From assembly GCA_964390005.1 (NCBI GenBank), contig CAYMGM010000003.1:14271-78270 (forward strand): DNA of 64,000 nucleotides, written 5' to 3'. Each line of letters opens with the position of its first letter. Within the stretch, counting starts at the first letter, position 1. This stretch comes from an uncultured Rhodospirillaceae bacterium (GTDB taxonomy: Bacteria > Pseudomonadota > Alphaproteobacteria > UBA9219). The position numbers and the translations under genes are program-made. Below the pieces are notes generated by a model, which was not told where the DNA came from, searched no databases, and was given only the letters and a program-made list of their open reading frames with translations. This document shows positions 1 to 8,161 of this stretch, piece after piece.

Positions 1-81
1 GGTTGTTTGCTTTTGATGCGCGATTCCGTCACCTTGCGCGCCAAGATCGTCGATTTGGATTTCAAAGGCGTCTTGTGTCAT
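1..81 (-). CDS. Partial CDS (N-terminal 27 codons, continues off window): TRAM-domain RNA methyltransferase-like N-terminus
   Basis: Complement of 'cat' at 79-81 gives MTQDAFEIQIDDLGAQGDGIAHQKQTT, resembling TRAM-domain starts of RumA/RlmD-type methyltransferases; too short for certainty. Confidence 0.3.
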   Translation of the reverse strand, partial: MTQDAFEIQIDDLGAQGDGIAHQKQTT

Positions 82-184
82 GTTTTCCTTTTCCCATGGC
101 AGCGGCGCCTATATAAAGCGCGGCGGGAAATAAAAAAAGCATAATCATGGTTAACGCTCGTGTCCGAGCAAGAAAGAGGCGAAA

Positions 185-670
185 ATGCGCGGTTATTTCG
201 GTGTCGGGGTCGAAGAAATTAGCAAAGGCGGCAATCTGGGCAATTTGGTGCGCACAGCGCACGCTTTCGGCGCGAGCTTCTTTTTTACGATCAACGCCTC
301 GGTGGATTACCGCGATGTGTTAGCTTCCGACACCTCGCATGCGGATCTACACATGCCATTTTATGCCTATCCGTCGGTTGAGGCGATGAACCTTCCCAGC
401 GACTGCAGCTTGGTGGGGGTTGAGTTGATGGAAGGGGCGGTCGATCTGCCGCGCTTTCGCCACCCGATGCGCGCGGCCTATGTGTTGGGCCCTGAAAAGG
501 GAAGCTTATCGCCAGCGCTGGTGGCGCGCTGCCAGCACATTGTCAAAATTCCCACCAAGTTCTGCGTGAATGTGGGCGTGGCCGGCGCGATGGTGATTTA
601 CGATCGGATGATCTGCATGGGCGATCAGGCCGAGCGTCCCGTCATGCCCGGCATCCGCGTCGCGCGTTAA
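185..670 (+). CDS. SpoU/TrmH-family RNA 2'-O-methyltransferase
   Basis: 161 aa ORF; C-terminal 'IPT..CVNVGVAGAMVIYDR' matches SpoU methylase knot region. Confidence 0.75.
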   Translation: MRGYFGVGVEEISKGGNLGNLVRTAHAFGASFFFTINASVDYRDVLASDTSHADLHMPFYAYPSVEAMNLPSDCSLVGVELMEGAVDLPRFRHPMRAAYVLGPEKGSLSPALVARCQHIVKIPTKFCVNVGVAGAMVIYDRMICMGDQAERPVMPGIRVAR

Positions 671-679
671 GGCACTACT

Positions 680-1408
680 TCATAAAGCGAGTCGCCCCTG
701 AGGCATGGAGATTATGCGCCGAGCCGTTCTTAGCAAGCTATCGGCAATAGCTGCTGCTTTCGTGAAATCATGAAATTTCGTGTAGGCGTTGGGGACGGCA
801 AGGCAATTCATGCCTGCCTGCGCACCAGAAATAACACCAGGCCCTGCATCTTCAAACACAAGATAGTTTTTTCGTGAGCCAAAAGTTTTTTTAACTAATA
901 GATAGATTTCTGGATCGGGCTTCGCTTTTTTGACCCTATCCCCCGAAACGACAAAATCAAATAACGAACAGACACCAAGGTTTCGACTGCCAAGGATGAC
1001 ATCAAGCCCAATTTGTCCCGTTGATGAGGCAATAGCTAATTTTTTGTTTGTTTCATCCGCGACAAAACAAAAAAGATCAATAACGCCTTCGCGCACGATT
1101 GACGAAGCTTCTGTTCCGATAAGCGAGGCGTAAATCTCTTGCCGACGTTGAACAAGGTGCTTGACCAATTTATCGGCGGGTTTTTCGTCAGGAAATAAAT
1201 CTGGAATCCATTCGGCTGCTTTACGTCCAACGCATGTCTGTATCCAGCGTTCAGCCGAGAGATGAACGTTTAAACCAATTTCCTCAAAAGCAAGGATCGA
1301 GGCGCGTTGTTGCAAAGGTTCATCGTCAATGACAAGGCCGTTGACATCGAAGACAAGAACATCCGCTTCCTCAATAAGCTGGCCTAAAAATGGATCATTA
1401 AAATACAT
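680..1408 (-). CDS. HAD-superfamily hydrolase (beta-phosphoglucomutase-like subfamily)
   Basis: 242 aa; N-terminal 'VLVFDVNGLVIDDEP' (DxDG HAD motif I), Lys and 'FEDAGPG' motif IV. Confidence 0.75.
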   Translation of the reverse strand: MYFNDPFLGQLIEEADVLVFDVNGLVIDDEPLQQRASILAFEEIGLNVHLSAERWIQTCVGRKAAEWIPDLFPDEKPADKLVKHLVQRRQEIYASLIGTEASSIVREGVIDLFCFVADETNKKLAIASSTGQIGLDVILGSRNLGVCSLFDFVVSGDRVKKAKPDPEIYLLVKKTFGSRKNYLVFEDAGPGVISGAQAGMNCLAVPNAYTKFHDFTKAAAIADSLLRTARRIISMPQGRLAL

Positions 1409-2226
1409 TACGAAGGACCTCTCGAAGAAAAACGTTCAAAAAGACTACGAAACAAGCGCGAGACTCGGCCTTGGTTTTTGCCAAGCCCCATTTGCTGTTG
1501 CGGGCCTTCTCTTTCTTGCTTCTCGCGCGCGACGCGGGCAAGAACGCCTTCGACCATGCCATCAGGCGCGGGCGTATAGGGGCCGGTGCGAAGCTGCAAA
1601 AAAGCCGCTGCTGAAGTGTTATTATATTCGACGACAACATGCGGCACGCCAAAAAAACGAAGGGTAGCGGTTACGGCTGGCAGTAAGCCTTCGCCGATGT
1701 TGCGGACGATCAATTCTTCGCCGCGACCTTGGCTTAAGGAACAGCCAAGAAGCGTAGCAATGCCTTTTTGAATAGATTCTTTTTCATTTGGCTGCATGGG
1801 GGCCATACCATCGCGAATGGTTGCGACGATCGCGGCGCGTGCGGCCATCTGTTCTTCTTTGTTCAGCCTTTCGGCGGCCAGAACGGCATAAGCGTCGGGG
1901 ATCATATCGTCGGCGCGGCGTTCAATAACGCCGCGGTCGGCATACAGGCCGACGCGGCGGATCAACTGCTGTTCATAAGCCTTTCCATCGGGAAGCGCGG
2001 GCGCATGAAAGCCCAAAAACGATTCAAGCCCCATTTGAAAACCGTTGGCTTCAAGCGCAGCGCGATAAGGCGCGGCCCCGTCCGAGTAATAGGCGAAAAG
2101 ATCGGACTTCGCGATCTGGACCGTGACGTTGGGCGCAAGGTTTAAAAGTTCGGCGATTGTTTGAGCCTGACCTTGCTGGGCCAGACAATTTAAATAGGTT
2201 GTAACCTCAAGAAGCGAGTCCATCAA
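1408..2226 (-). CDS. Conserved hypothetical protein (function not recognised)
   Basis: 272 aa ORF, start/stop overlap with downstream HAD gene (coupling); no motif recognised. Confidence 0.5.
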   Translation of the reverse strand: MMDSLLEVTTYLNCLAQQGQAQTIAELLNLAPNVTVQIAKSDLFAYYSDGAAPYRAALEANGFQMGLESFLGFHAPALPDGKAYEQQLIRRVGLYADRGVIERRADDMIPDAYAVLAAERLNKEEQMAARAAIVATIRDGMAPMQPNEKESIQKGIATLLGCSLSQGRGEELIVRNIGEGLLPAVTATLRFFGVPHVVVEYNNTSAAAFLQLRTGPYTPAPDGMVEGVLARVAREKQEREGPQQQMGLGKNQGRVSRLFRSLFERFSSRGPS

Positions 2227-2385
2227 AAGCTCATCAGGGAAAAGGCGGTTAACACGAGCCCTTGCTATATCGCCTTTAGATGAAACTAATGAGCCTGAAT
2301 TAACGTTAAAGACCTTAAAAAATGTTTCTTACGTTTAACAAGCCCCTCGCGGCATGCCAAAAAAGGCAAAAGCCCACGCATACAT

Positions 2386-3246
2386 TTATAATTCATGCCG
2401 CAAAAATTGGCTGACCAGATTGATTTGGGGTCGTTCGGCCAAAGCGGGGTAATGGCCCACGCCTTCAAAATCGACAAGCTTGGCATGGGGCCCGCGCGTT
2501 TGCAGTTGAAGCGCCAAAGGCGGCGTTAGAACGGGCGAATTGACGCCATGCAGCGCCAGCGTAGGACACGTGATCTGGTCGTAAAGAGCCCAGTCATCCC
2601 AAGCTTCTTTGGCATCGGCGGCCAGACGGTGGCGCAGCGCGATTTTTTTGTCATAGATATCGGTCCACGATCCGTCGGGCAACGCACGCCCATCGAATTG
2701 CCCGCGATAACGGCGCTCGTCATCGGTCATGGGTCCGCCGGGTTGCAAAACCATGACGCGCCAATCGATAAAGCTTTGTCGGTCGGGGAAGATGTTCGTG
2801 CGCTCTAGCCAAGCGACCAGATCGGCAGAAAACGCCGCCGGGACTTCGGGCGCGACGTCGTTCATGACAAAATGCCGCACGGGCACTTTTTCATGGGCGA
2901 TGGCGCGTACGCCAACCAGCCCGCCCAAAGATGTGCCGATCCAATCGACAGCGGTCAGGCCCAGCGATTGGATCATTTGCGCGCAGTCTTGCGCATAGGT
3001 CGGGATAAAATAGCGCATGGGGTCGGCAGCCCAATCGCTTTGGCCGTGGCCAACCAGATCGGGCTTGATGACGCGGCGGCCTTCGCTGACCAGCGCTTCG
3101 GCCAGACGGTCAAAGCTGTGGCGCGTATGGATCAATCCATGGACGCAAAAAACAGGGCAGGGATCGTCCCGATTGCCTTCGTCGTCATAGGCGAGGTTAT
3201 AAAGAACGTTGCCGCTGGTATCGCGAATTGGAAAGGTCTGACTCAT
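2386..3246 (-). CDS. Alpha/beta-fold hydrolase
   Basis: 286 aa; 'FCVHGLIHT' and nucleophile elbow 'GTSLGG', C-terminal 'GVGHYP' His motif. Confidence 0.75.
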   Translation of the reverse strand: MSQTFPIRDTSGNVLYNLAYDDEGNRDDPCPVFCVHGLIHTRHSFDRLAEALVSEGRRVIKPDLVGHGQSDWAADPMRYFIPTYAQDCAQMIQSLGLTAVDWIGTSLGGLVGVRAIAHEKVPVRHFVMNDVAPEVPAAFSADLVAWLERTNIFPDRQSFIDWRVMVLQPGGPMTDDERRYRGQFDGRALPDGSWTDIYDKKIALRHRLAADAKEAWDDWALYDQITCPTLALHGVNSPVLTPPLALQLQTRGPHAKLVDFEGVGHYPALAERPQINLVSQFLRHEL

Positions 3247-3289
3247 GACGGCAGATTAGGGACTAGATTTTTAGGTGGCAAGGCTTTCT

Positions 3290-3720
3290 TCAATTGTTGG
3301 TTAAGGACGCGATCCAGTCGCGGACCTCTTGCGGCGATGACGGCGCGGCGGATGAGCGGCCTATACGCAGGCCGATGCCGCCTAGTGCTTCACTGGCCGC
3401 GATGGCCGCTAGATCCGTGATATCGTCGCCAAGAAAAACGGGGCGGCGACCTTGAAAAGGCGCCTCCGCCATAAAAGCACGAAGCGCTGTACCTCCCAGC
3501 TTGCTGTAAACGTGCGTCAGATTGCGCACCAAGGAAGACGGGACAAAACGTTTTGCGCGCGTGGTGTGATATCGAGAAGAGCCCCGTCGATATCAAGGAA
3601 AAGAGCGTCGTGCGTTGGATCCAAAGGGGGTGAGATTTGTTGCACGGCGTTAGTCCGTTGGGCCTGCGATAAAGTTTTCAATGTGCTTGGCGGCTCCAGC
3701 TTTACGACAAGCCAGGTCAA
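3290..3720 (-). pseudogene. otsB: Trehalose-6-phosphate phosphatase (OtsB) remnant: internally deleted and frameshifted
   Basis: Two ORF fragments in different frames. N-terminal fragment has 'ALFLDIDGALLDI' (HAD motif I). C-terminal fragment 'KLGGTALRAFMAEAPFQGRRPVFLGDDITD...GGIGLRIG' closely parallels E. coli OtsB '[29 protein letters not shown]...GGMSVKIG'. About 150 aa of the cap domain are missing. Confidence 0.55.
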
Positions 3721-3900
3721 GCCGGGACAAGAAGCGGCAAAGCTGGGCCAGGGCGTTACGATGAAGGACGGCGATGGCCTGAGCGTGACGTTGCACTATG
3801 ATGCCGAGTTGAAAGATCGCTATGTCGGCCATGCCGGGATCCTTCAGGCGCGGTACGATTTTTGATCGGATATCGCCTGATACGATCTTTTCTTTATAAG

Positions 3901-3941
3901 AACGGGCGTTTGCACTTTCCCTGCAAACGCCCGTTTTGTTG
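3901..3941 (+). terminator. Perfect 14-bp inverted repeat hairpin followed by T-rich tract (terminator-like or regulatory)
   Basis: aacgggcgtttgca-ctttccc-tgcaaacgcccgtt then ttgttgg; lies in the divergent region between the otsB remnant and adh. Confidence 0.35.
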
Positions 3942-4161
3942 GTAAGGGATCATGCGCGCGCCGATCCTTTGGTGTATGGCCTTGTGTTGTTTTGTTTTTC
4001 GATCTCTTCGAACGGCATCATATCTTGATGATGTACAAATCGACCCAGGACGGCTAGACTGGTCCTTCGGACTTAACCTTGTCCCTTTCTTCTACGTTCC
4101 TTTCTGCATGCCAAAGATCGCCAAAAGAGCGATCCCATCATTCTAACAAGGAGGATCTGTC

Positions 4162-5205
4162 ATGAAAGCTCTCGTCTATGAAGGCCCCGGCAAAAAAGCC
4201 CTGAAAGAATGCCCCAAGCCGCAAATCAAAGATCCGGGCGACGCGATTGTGCGCCTGACCAAAACGACGATATGCGGGACCGATCTTCATATTTTGAAAG
4301 GCGACGTCGCGACATGCGCGCCGGGCCGCATTTTAGGGCATGAAGGCGTCGGCGTTATCGACAGCGTTGGGGCTGCCGTAACAAACTTCCGCCCGGGCGA
4401 CCGTGTGTTGATCTCTTGTATTACGGCCTGTGGTCATTGCGATTTTTGCCGCAAAGGCATGTTCTCGCATTGTAAAACGGGCGGTTGGATTTTAGGCAAC
4501 GAGATCGACGGCACGCAAGCCGAGTTCGTTCGCACCCCGCATGCCGATACAAGCCTTTACCCTATTCCTGCTGGGGCGGATGAAGAAGCGCTTGTGATGC
4601 TCAGCGACATTTTGCCAACGGGTTTCGAGTGCGGCGTTTTGAACGGCAAGGTCGAGCCCGGATGCAGCGTTGCCATTGTCGGCGCAGGCCCCATCGGCAT
4701 CGCCGCTTTGCTGACGGCGCAATTCTATAGCCCGGCCAAGATCATTATGATTGACCTTGACGACAACCGTCTGGATACGGCCCTGCGTTTTGGGGCGACC
4801 GATAGCGTGAACAGTGGCGACGGCAAAGCCATTGAGAAAGTGATGGCGCTGACGGAAGGGGCTGGGGTGGACGTAGCGATTGAAGCCGTTGGTATCCCGG
4901 CGACTTTCGAGCTTTGCCAAGGCCTGATTGCGCCGGGCGGACGCATTGCCAATATTGGCGTCCACGGGACCAAGGTTGACCTGTACATGGATAAGCTTTG
5001 GGATCGTAACATCACGATCACGACGCGCCTTGTCGATACCGAGACGACGCCGATGTTGCTAAAGACGGTTCAATCGAAAAAGATCGACCCGACGCGGCTT
5101 GTGACGCACCGTTTTAAGCTCAGCGATATTCTGAGCGCGTATGAAACGTTTGGTAAAGCGGCGCAAACGAAAGCGCTGAAGGTGATCATCGAAAATGACC
5201 TTTAA
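4162..5205 (+). CDS. Zn-dependent (MDR family) NAD(P)-alcohol dehydrogenase
   Basis: 347 aa; 'GHEGVGVI', 'CGHCDFCRKG' structural Zn Cys cluster, 'VAIVGAGPIG' Rossmann; RBS aaggagg 7 nt upstream. Confidence 0.85.
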   Translation: MKALVYEGPGKKALKECPKPQIKDPGDAIVRLTKTTICGTDLHILKGDVATCAPGRILGHEGVGVIDSVGAAVTNFRPGDRVLISCITACGHCDFCRKGMFSHCKTGGWILGNEIDGTQAEFVRTPHADTSLYPIPAGADEEALVMLSDILPTGFECGVLNGKVEPGCSVAIVGAGPIGIAALLTAQFYSPAKIIMIDLDDNRLDTALRFGATDSVNSGDGKAIEKVMALTEGAGVDVAIEAVGIPATFELCQGLIAPGGRIANIGVHGTKVDLYMDKLWDRNITITTRLVDTETTPMLLKTVQSKKIDPTRLVTHRFKLSDILSAYETFGKAAQTKALKVIIENDL

Positions 5206-5235
5206 AGACGTCGTTTGAGGTAAACAAAAGAGCGA

Positions 5236-5270
5236 AGGGCTCCGGCGTGGCGCCGGGGCCTTTCTTTTGT
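5236..5270 (+). terminator. Rho-independent terminator after adh
   Basis: ggctccggcg-tgg-cgccggggcc stem followed by tttcttttgt. Confidence 0.55.
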
Positions 5271-5340
5271 CTCATCGGCTTCATAGAGGCATGCGGTTCG
5301 ATTCTTCCCTATTGTGAATGGGCGCTGCACCAAGCCTAAT

Positions 5341-5626
5341 CTTCACCGTCAGCGACGAAACAAATGTTCCGCTTTGCCGAAAAACAGGCCTTTCAGAAGC
5401 AAAAAGCGGCGCTCAAAAAGCGCCGCGAGCTTTTTCAAAGCCAAGACAAGATCGACGCAAGACGCGAAGAGCTTCTGAATCAACGGGAACGGCGACTGCA
5501 GGGTCGTTGGTCTGAGATCAAAAACCTGTTTTGCATCCGGTGGATGTCAACCTATGACCAAAAAGCAAAAGCTGGAATTGACGTTAATTAGGAAGGATCA
5601 GAGGTCTTGGTTGGGGCCTCGGATTT
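5341..5626 (+). repeat. Degenerate copy (~80-85% identity by eye) of SNF2-helicase 3' end (~16383-16405 plus ~16693-16860) fused directly to the mod 5' start (~18200-18285); non-functional relic
   Basis: Translated fragment FAEKQAFQKQKAALKKRRELFQSQDKIDARREELLNQRERRLQ matches helicase C-terminus LAEKLAFQKQKAALEKRRSQKRHELFQSQDKIDARREELINQLERQLQ. This is followed by atgaccaaaaagcaaaagctggaattgacgt, identical to the mod start MTKKQKLELT. Confidence 0.7.
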
Positions 5627-5641
5627 TGCTGGCCTGATCGC
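5627..5641 (+). other. Candidate distal att core: imperfect copy of the tRNA-Ala 3' end region
   Basis: ttgctgg-cctgatcg vs ttggtggacctgatcg at 58670-58686 (tRNA 3' end, reverse strand). Confidence 0.3.
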
Positions 5642-5696
5642 ACTTGATGTGAAGAAATAACTCGTTGAATTAAAATGGAAATCGTTAAGGCAAAAA

Positions 5697-5721
5697 ACCT
5701 ATTACCCCACGATGTTACCCC
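5697..5721 (+). repeat. 25-bp direct repeat shared with 58532-58556 (candidate arm-type integrase site / island terminal repeat)
   Basis: acctattaccccacgatgttacccc vs acctattaccccacgatcttacccc (24/25). Confidence 0.5.
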
Positions 5722-5871
5722 CAATCCCCAAAACGGCCAAAACCACACCAGCTAGCCTTCGAACCAAGGACCATCATTCAACTTAAAAGGGAGATTAGCA
5801 CGAAACATCTACGCTCACAAACGACCAATCTTTGTTGCTCGTAGAAGTCCTTACAAACAACCAAGCCCCTC

Positions 5872-6690
5872 TTAAAGGCTTCTCTGTCCCGGTTTGGGTG
5901 TCGGCAATCCAGCGTGTCTTTGTTTGTTGTCGGGACGGAAGGCTGAAAACCCGTTGGGATCAAGCTCTGGCGCTACCTTTTCACCAAAAACGAAAAGAAG
6001 GTCTCGGTTTAGGCATGCTATTTGTTTTGGGCTCAGCGACCATTTTTCAAACAGCTGCGTCCTGAACGAGATCAAGCGTTCGTAATTGTTGGGATGAAGT
6101 TTGCCTTCGCCGACTTCGATGCATCGATTGAGCCAGTAACTATGCGTGTACGCAAGCATCAGCGAACGATAGCCAAACTTGCTTGATTGAACTGCAGGCG
6201 CGTTCATAAAATTGATAACAGCACGCGTTTCTCCAACGGTCAGCGATCCGGATTTGAGAAGAGCGCGGTACATCCAGGAAATCATATCGCGCTCGAGACC
6301 AACAAATCCTTGGGCTGGGAGCTTCTCTGCTCTGAGCATGACATATTCGACGGCGCTTAGATATTCGCTGTCCCTGTTTTTTTCGCCGTTGTCTGGCGTG
6401 AGTTCTGTTTCTGGTTTTCCGTTCGGAGAAGACGGTTTCTTGGGATTCTTTTTGAGACCAAGTTTGGTATAATCTTGAAATCCTTGTTTTGGAACAATAC
6501 CCCATTTCTTACCGCAGGAAGGTCCCGCTGGAACTTCGCCATAAACCGGATGTCGTAGGATCAAGGCGATGCCTGTCGGAAGATCGCGGGGGCAGAAAGC
6601 GCATTCAGCGACCGTAACGAAATCACGCCGTAAAAGAGGAAAGGCATGTTCGTTCAGGTTCGAGGTATCGATTAAAGGTTTATGAGCCAT
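5872..6690 (-). CDS. Hypothetical protein (AT-rich cargo)
   Basis: 272 aa ORF in a visibly AT-rich segment at the island's left end; no motif recognised. Confidence 0.45.
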   Translation of the reverse strand: MAHKPLIDTSNLNEHAFPLLRRDFVTVAECAFCPRDLPTGIALILRHPVYGEVPAGPSCGKKWGIVPKQGFQDYTKLGLKKNPKKPSSPNGKPETELTPDNGEKNRDSEYLSAVEYVMLRAEKLPAQGFVGLERDMISWMYRALLKSGSLTVGETRAVINFMNAPAVQSSKFGYRSLMLAYTHSYWLNRCIEVGEGKLHPNNYERLISFRTQLFEKWSLSPKQIACLNRDLLFVFGEKVAPELDPNGFSAFRPDNKQRHAGLPTPKPGQRSL

Positions 6691-6840
6691 TTTCGTGATG
6701 TCTTTATAAAATCCCGGATCCGGCTCATCCTAAATATCCCGAACGCTCTTTTTCAAGAGGATATCCTATTGGTTTCATAGAAAAAACTGCTTAATATCGG
6801 CGTTTGAATCGTATAACGCTTTATTCCAGCAAGGAAAATC

Positions 6841-7893
6841 ATGCCGCGTGTTGACCTTTGTGTCCCTTTTTCTGAAAAGGATGAAGCGAAAAAACTTGGC
6901 GCACGGTGGGATGCTGCGCACAAAGTTTGGTTTGTTCCCGAGGGGCTTGCGGCGGCACCTTTTGTACGCTGGCTGCCTGTGCCGGATGATGAGCCATCGG
7001 AGGTCCACATCACGCAACCGACCTCTTTCGATCATCCTGTTGTGCGGTACGATCCCGAACTGCCGGACGATCTTTTCAGCCCTCGACGCATCGCATCAAC
7101 GCAGGAAATTGCTGATTGCTTCTGGCAGGACGGTCGCCTTTTTCTGCTTCCGGTTCCCAAGGAAGATCAGGACCGTATTTTGGCCGCCGGAGCGCAACAA
7201 GGAGGCGGGGGCCTCTTTATAGGACGCGGGACTAATATTGATTTTGCCGCGTTAAACCCGTTTCTTCCTTTCGTCGGCAAATCCATCATCATGCCGCGCC
7301 TTGGAGATCTGATCCCCGCATCATCCTTTGGGGCCAATCTCTGCAATCTTCTGACGCGCCCCTCCTGGGACAAACTGCGGCAACGGACATTCGCCGAAAC
7401 AGATGGACGGTGTGAAATTTGCGGCTCGACCGAGCATCTGGAATGTCATGAATACTGGAAATATTTCGAGCCTCTGCCGCTCTATCTGGAAAAAGGAGCC
7501 TGTGGCGTTCAAAAGCTTGCTCGGCTTATGCCTCTTTGCGCTGCCTGTCATGAAACCTATCATCTGGGACTTGCCAACGTGCGAGGCCGATTTGAAATCG
7601 TCCGGGCACGCCTTCGCGCGATGAATCGCTGGACGGAAGAAGAGTATGCCGATTATGGAGACTTTCTTGATGAGCGCAGCGCGCGGCGCACCGAATGCTT
7701 CTGGGTTTTAGATTTTTCAGAACTGAAGGAAAGCACGCTTTCAGTCCACGACAAGTGGCGTTTGCGCCAGGATGGCTTTCTTGTCTGTAACACGCAGACA
7801 GGAACAACGGAAACCATGATCCTTGGCATTCCTTGGGAACACAGGGGCCAATCGCATGCGTTAATGGATCCCGTCATTGCGTACTACGAATGA
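6841..7893 (+). CDS. DUF5710-like N-terminal domain plus HNH-type nuclease motif protein
   Basis: 350 aa; N-terminal 'VPFSEKDEAKKLGARWDAAHKVWFVP' resembles the DUF5710 module seen at the C-terminus of TraC-type primases. Central 'CEICGSTEHLECHEYW...CAACHETYH' is HNH-like. Confidence 0.6.
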   Translation: MPRVDLCVPFSEKDEAKKLGARWDAAHKVWFVPEGLAAAPFVRWLPVPDDEPSEVHITQPTSFDHPVVRYDPELPDDLFSPRRIASTQEIADCFWQDGRLFLLPVPKEDQDRILAAGAQQGGGGLFIGRGTNIDFAALNPFLPFVGKSIIMPRLGDLIPASSFGANLCNLLTRPSWDKLRQRTFAETDGRCEICGSTEHLECHEYWKYFEPLPLYLEKGACGVQKLARLMPLCAACHETYHLGLANVRGRFEIVRARLRAMNRWTEEEYADYGDFLDERSARRTECFWVLDFSELKESTLSVHDKWRLRQDGFLVCNTQTGTTETMILGIPWEHRGQSHALMDPVIAYYE

Positions 7894-8161
7894 ACTGCTC
7901 AGTAAAAATGCACTCAATCTTTTGTCATGTGACCATTTCTGACCCATTGTGGCCCTATAAAGACAACAACATTTCCTAATTTGGTGTTTCGGAGGGGCGG
8001 ATGGATCGGGAACGGAATGCTCCCTTGCAGCCGATGGCGGACGACAGGGCGTACAAACCGGAGTTCGTTATCGTCTTCAGCGCATTGGCTATCTGCGGGG
8101 CTCTGGTTGGATTCTTGGTTGGTTATCTTTATCGATAACACAAAGGAGGCTTGGGGGCGTT

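Noticed and set aside
62-262. ORF 62-262 (-) and other small ORFs overlapping annotated genes (930-1133, 1036-1230, 2548-2808 etc.)
   Set aside because: They overlap better-supported genes on the opposite strand or a different frame
3452-3865. ORF 3452-3865 (+) as a real gene terminated by the 3901-3935 hairpin
   Set aside because: It lies antisense to the otsB remnant and no motif is recognised. The hairpin is kept only as a feature
5318-5591. ORFs 5318-5515 and 5364-5591 as genes
   Set aside because: They are reading frames through the degraded helicase/mod relic and lack the upstream 900 codons of the helicase. They are treated as a pseudogene fragment or repeat
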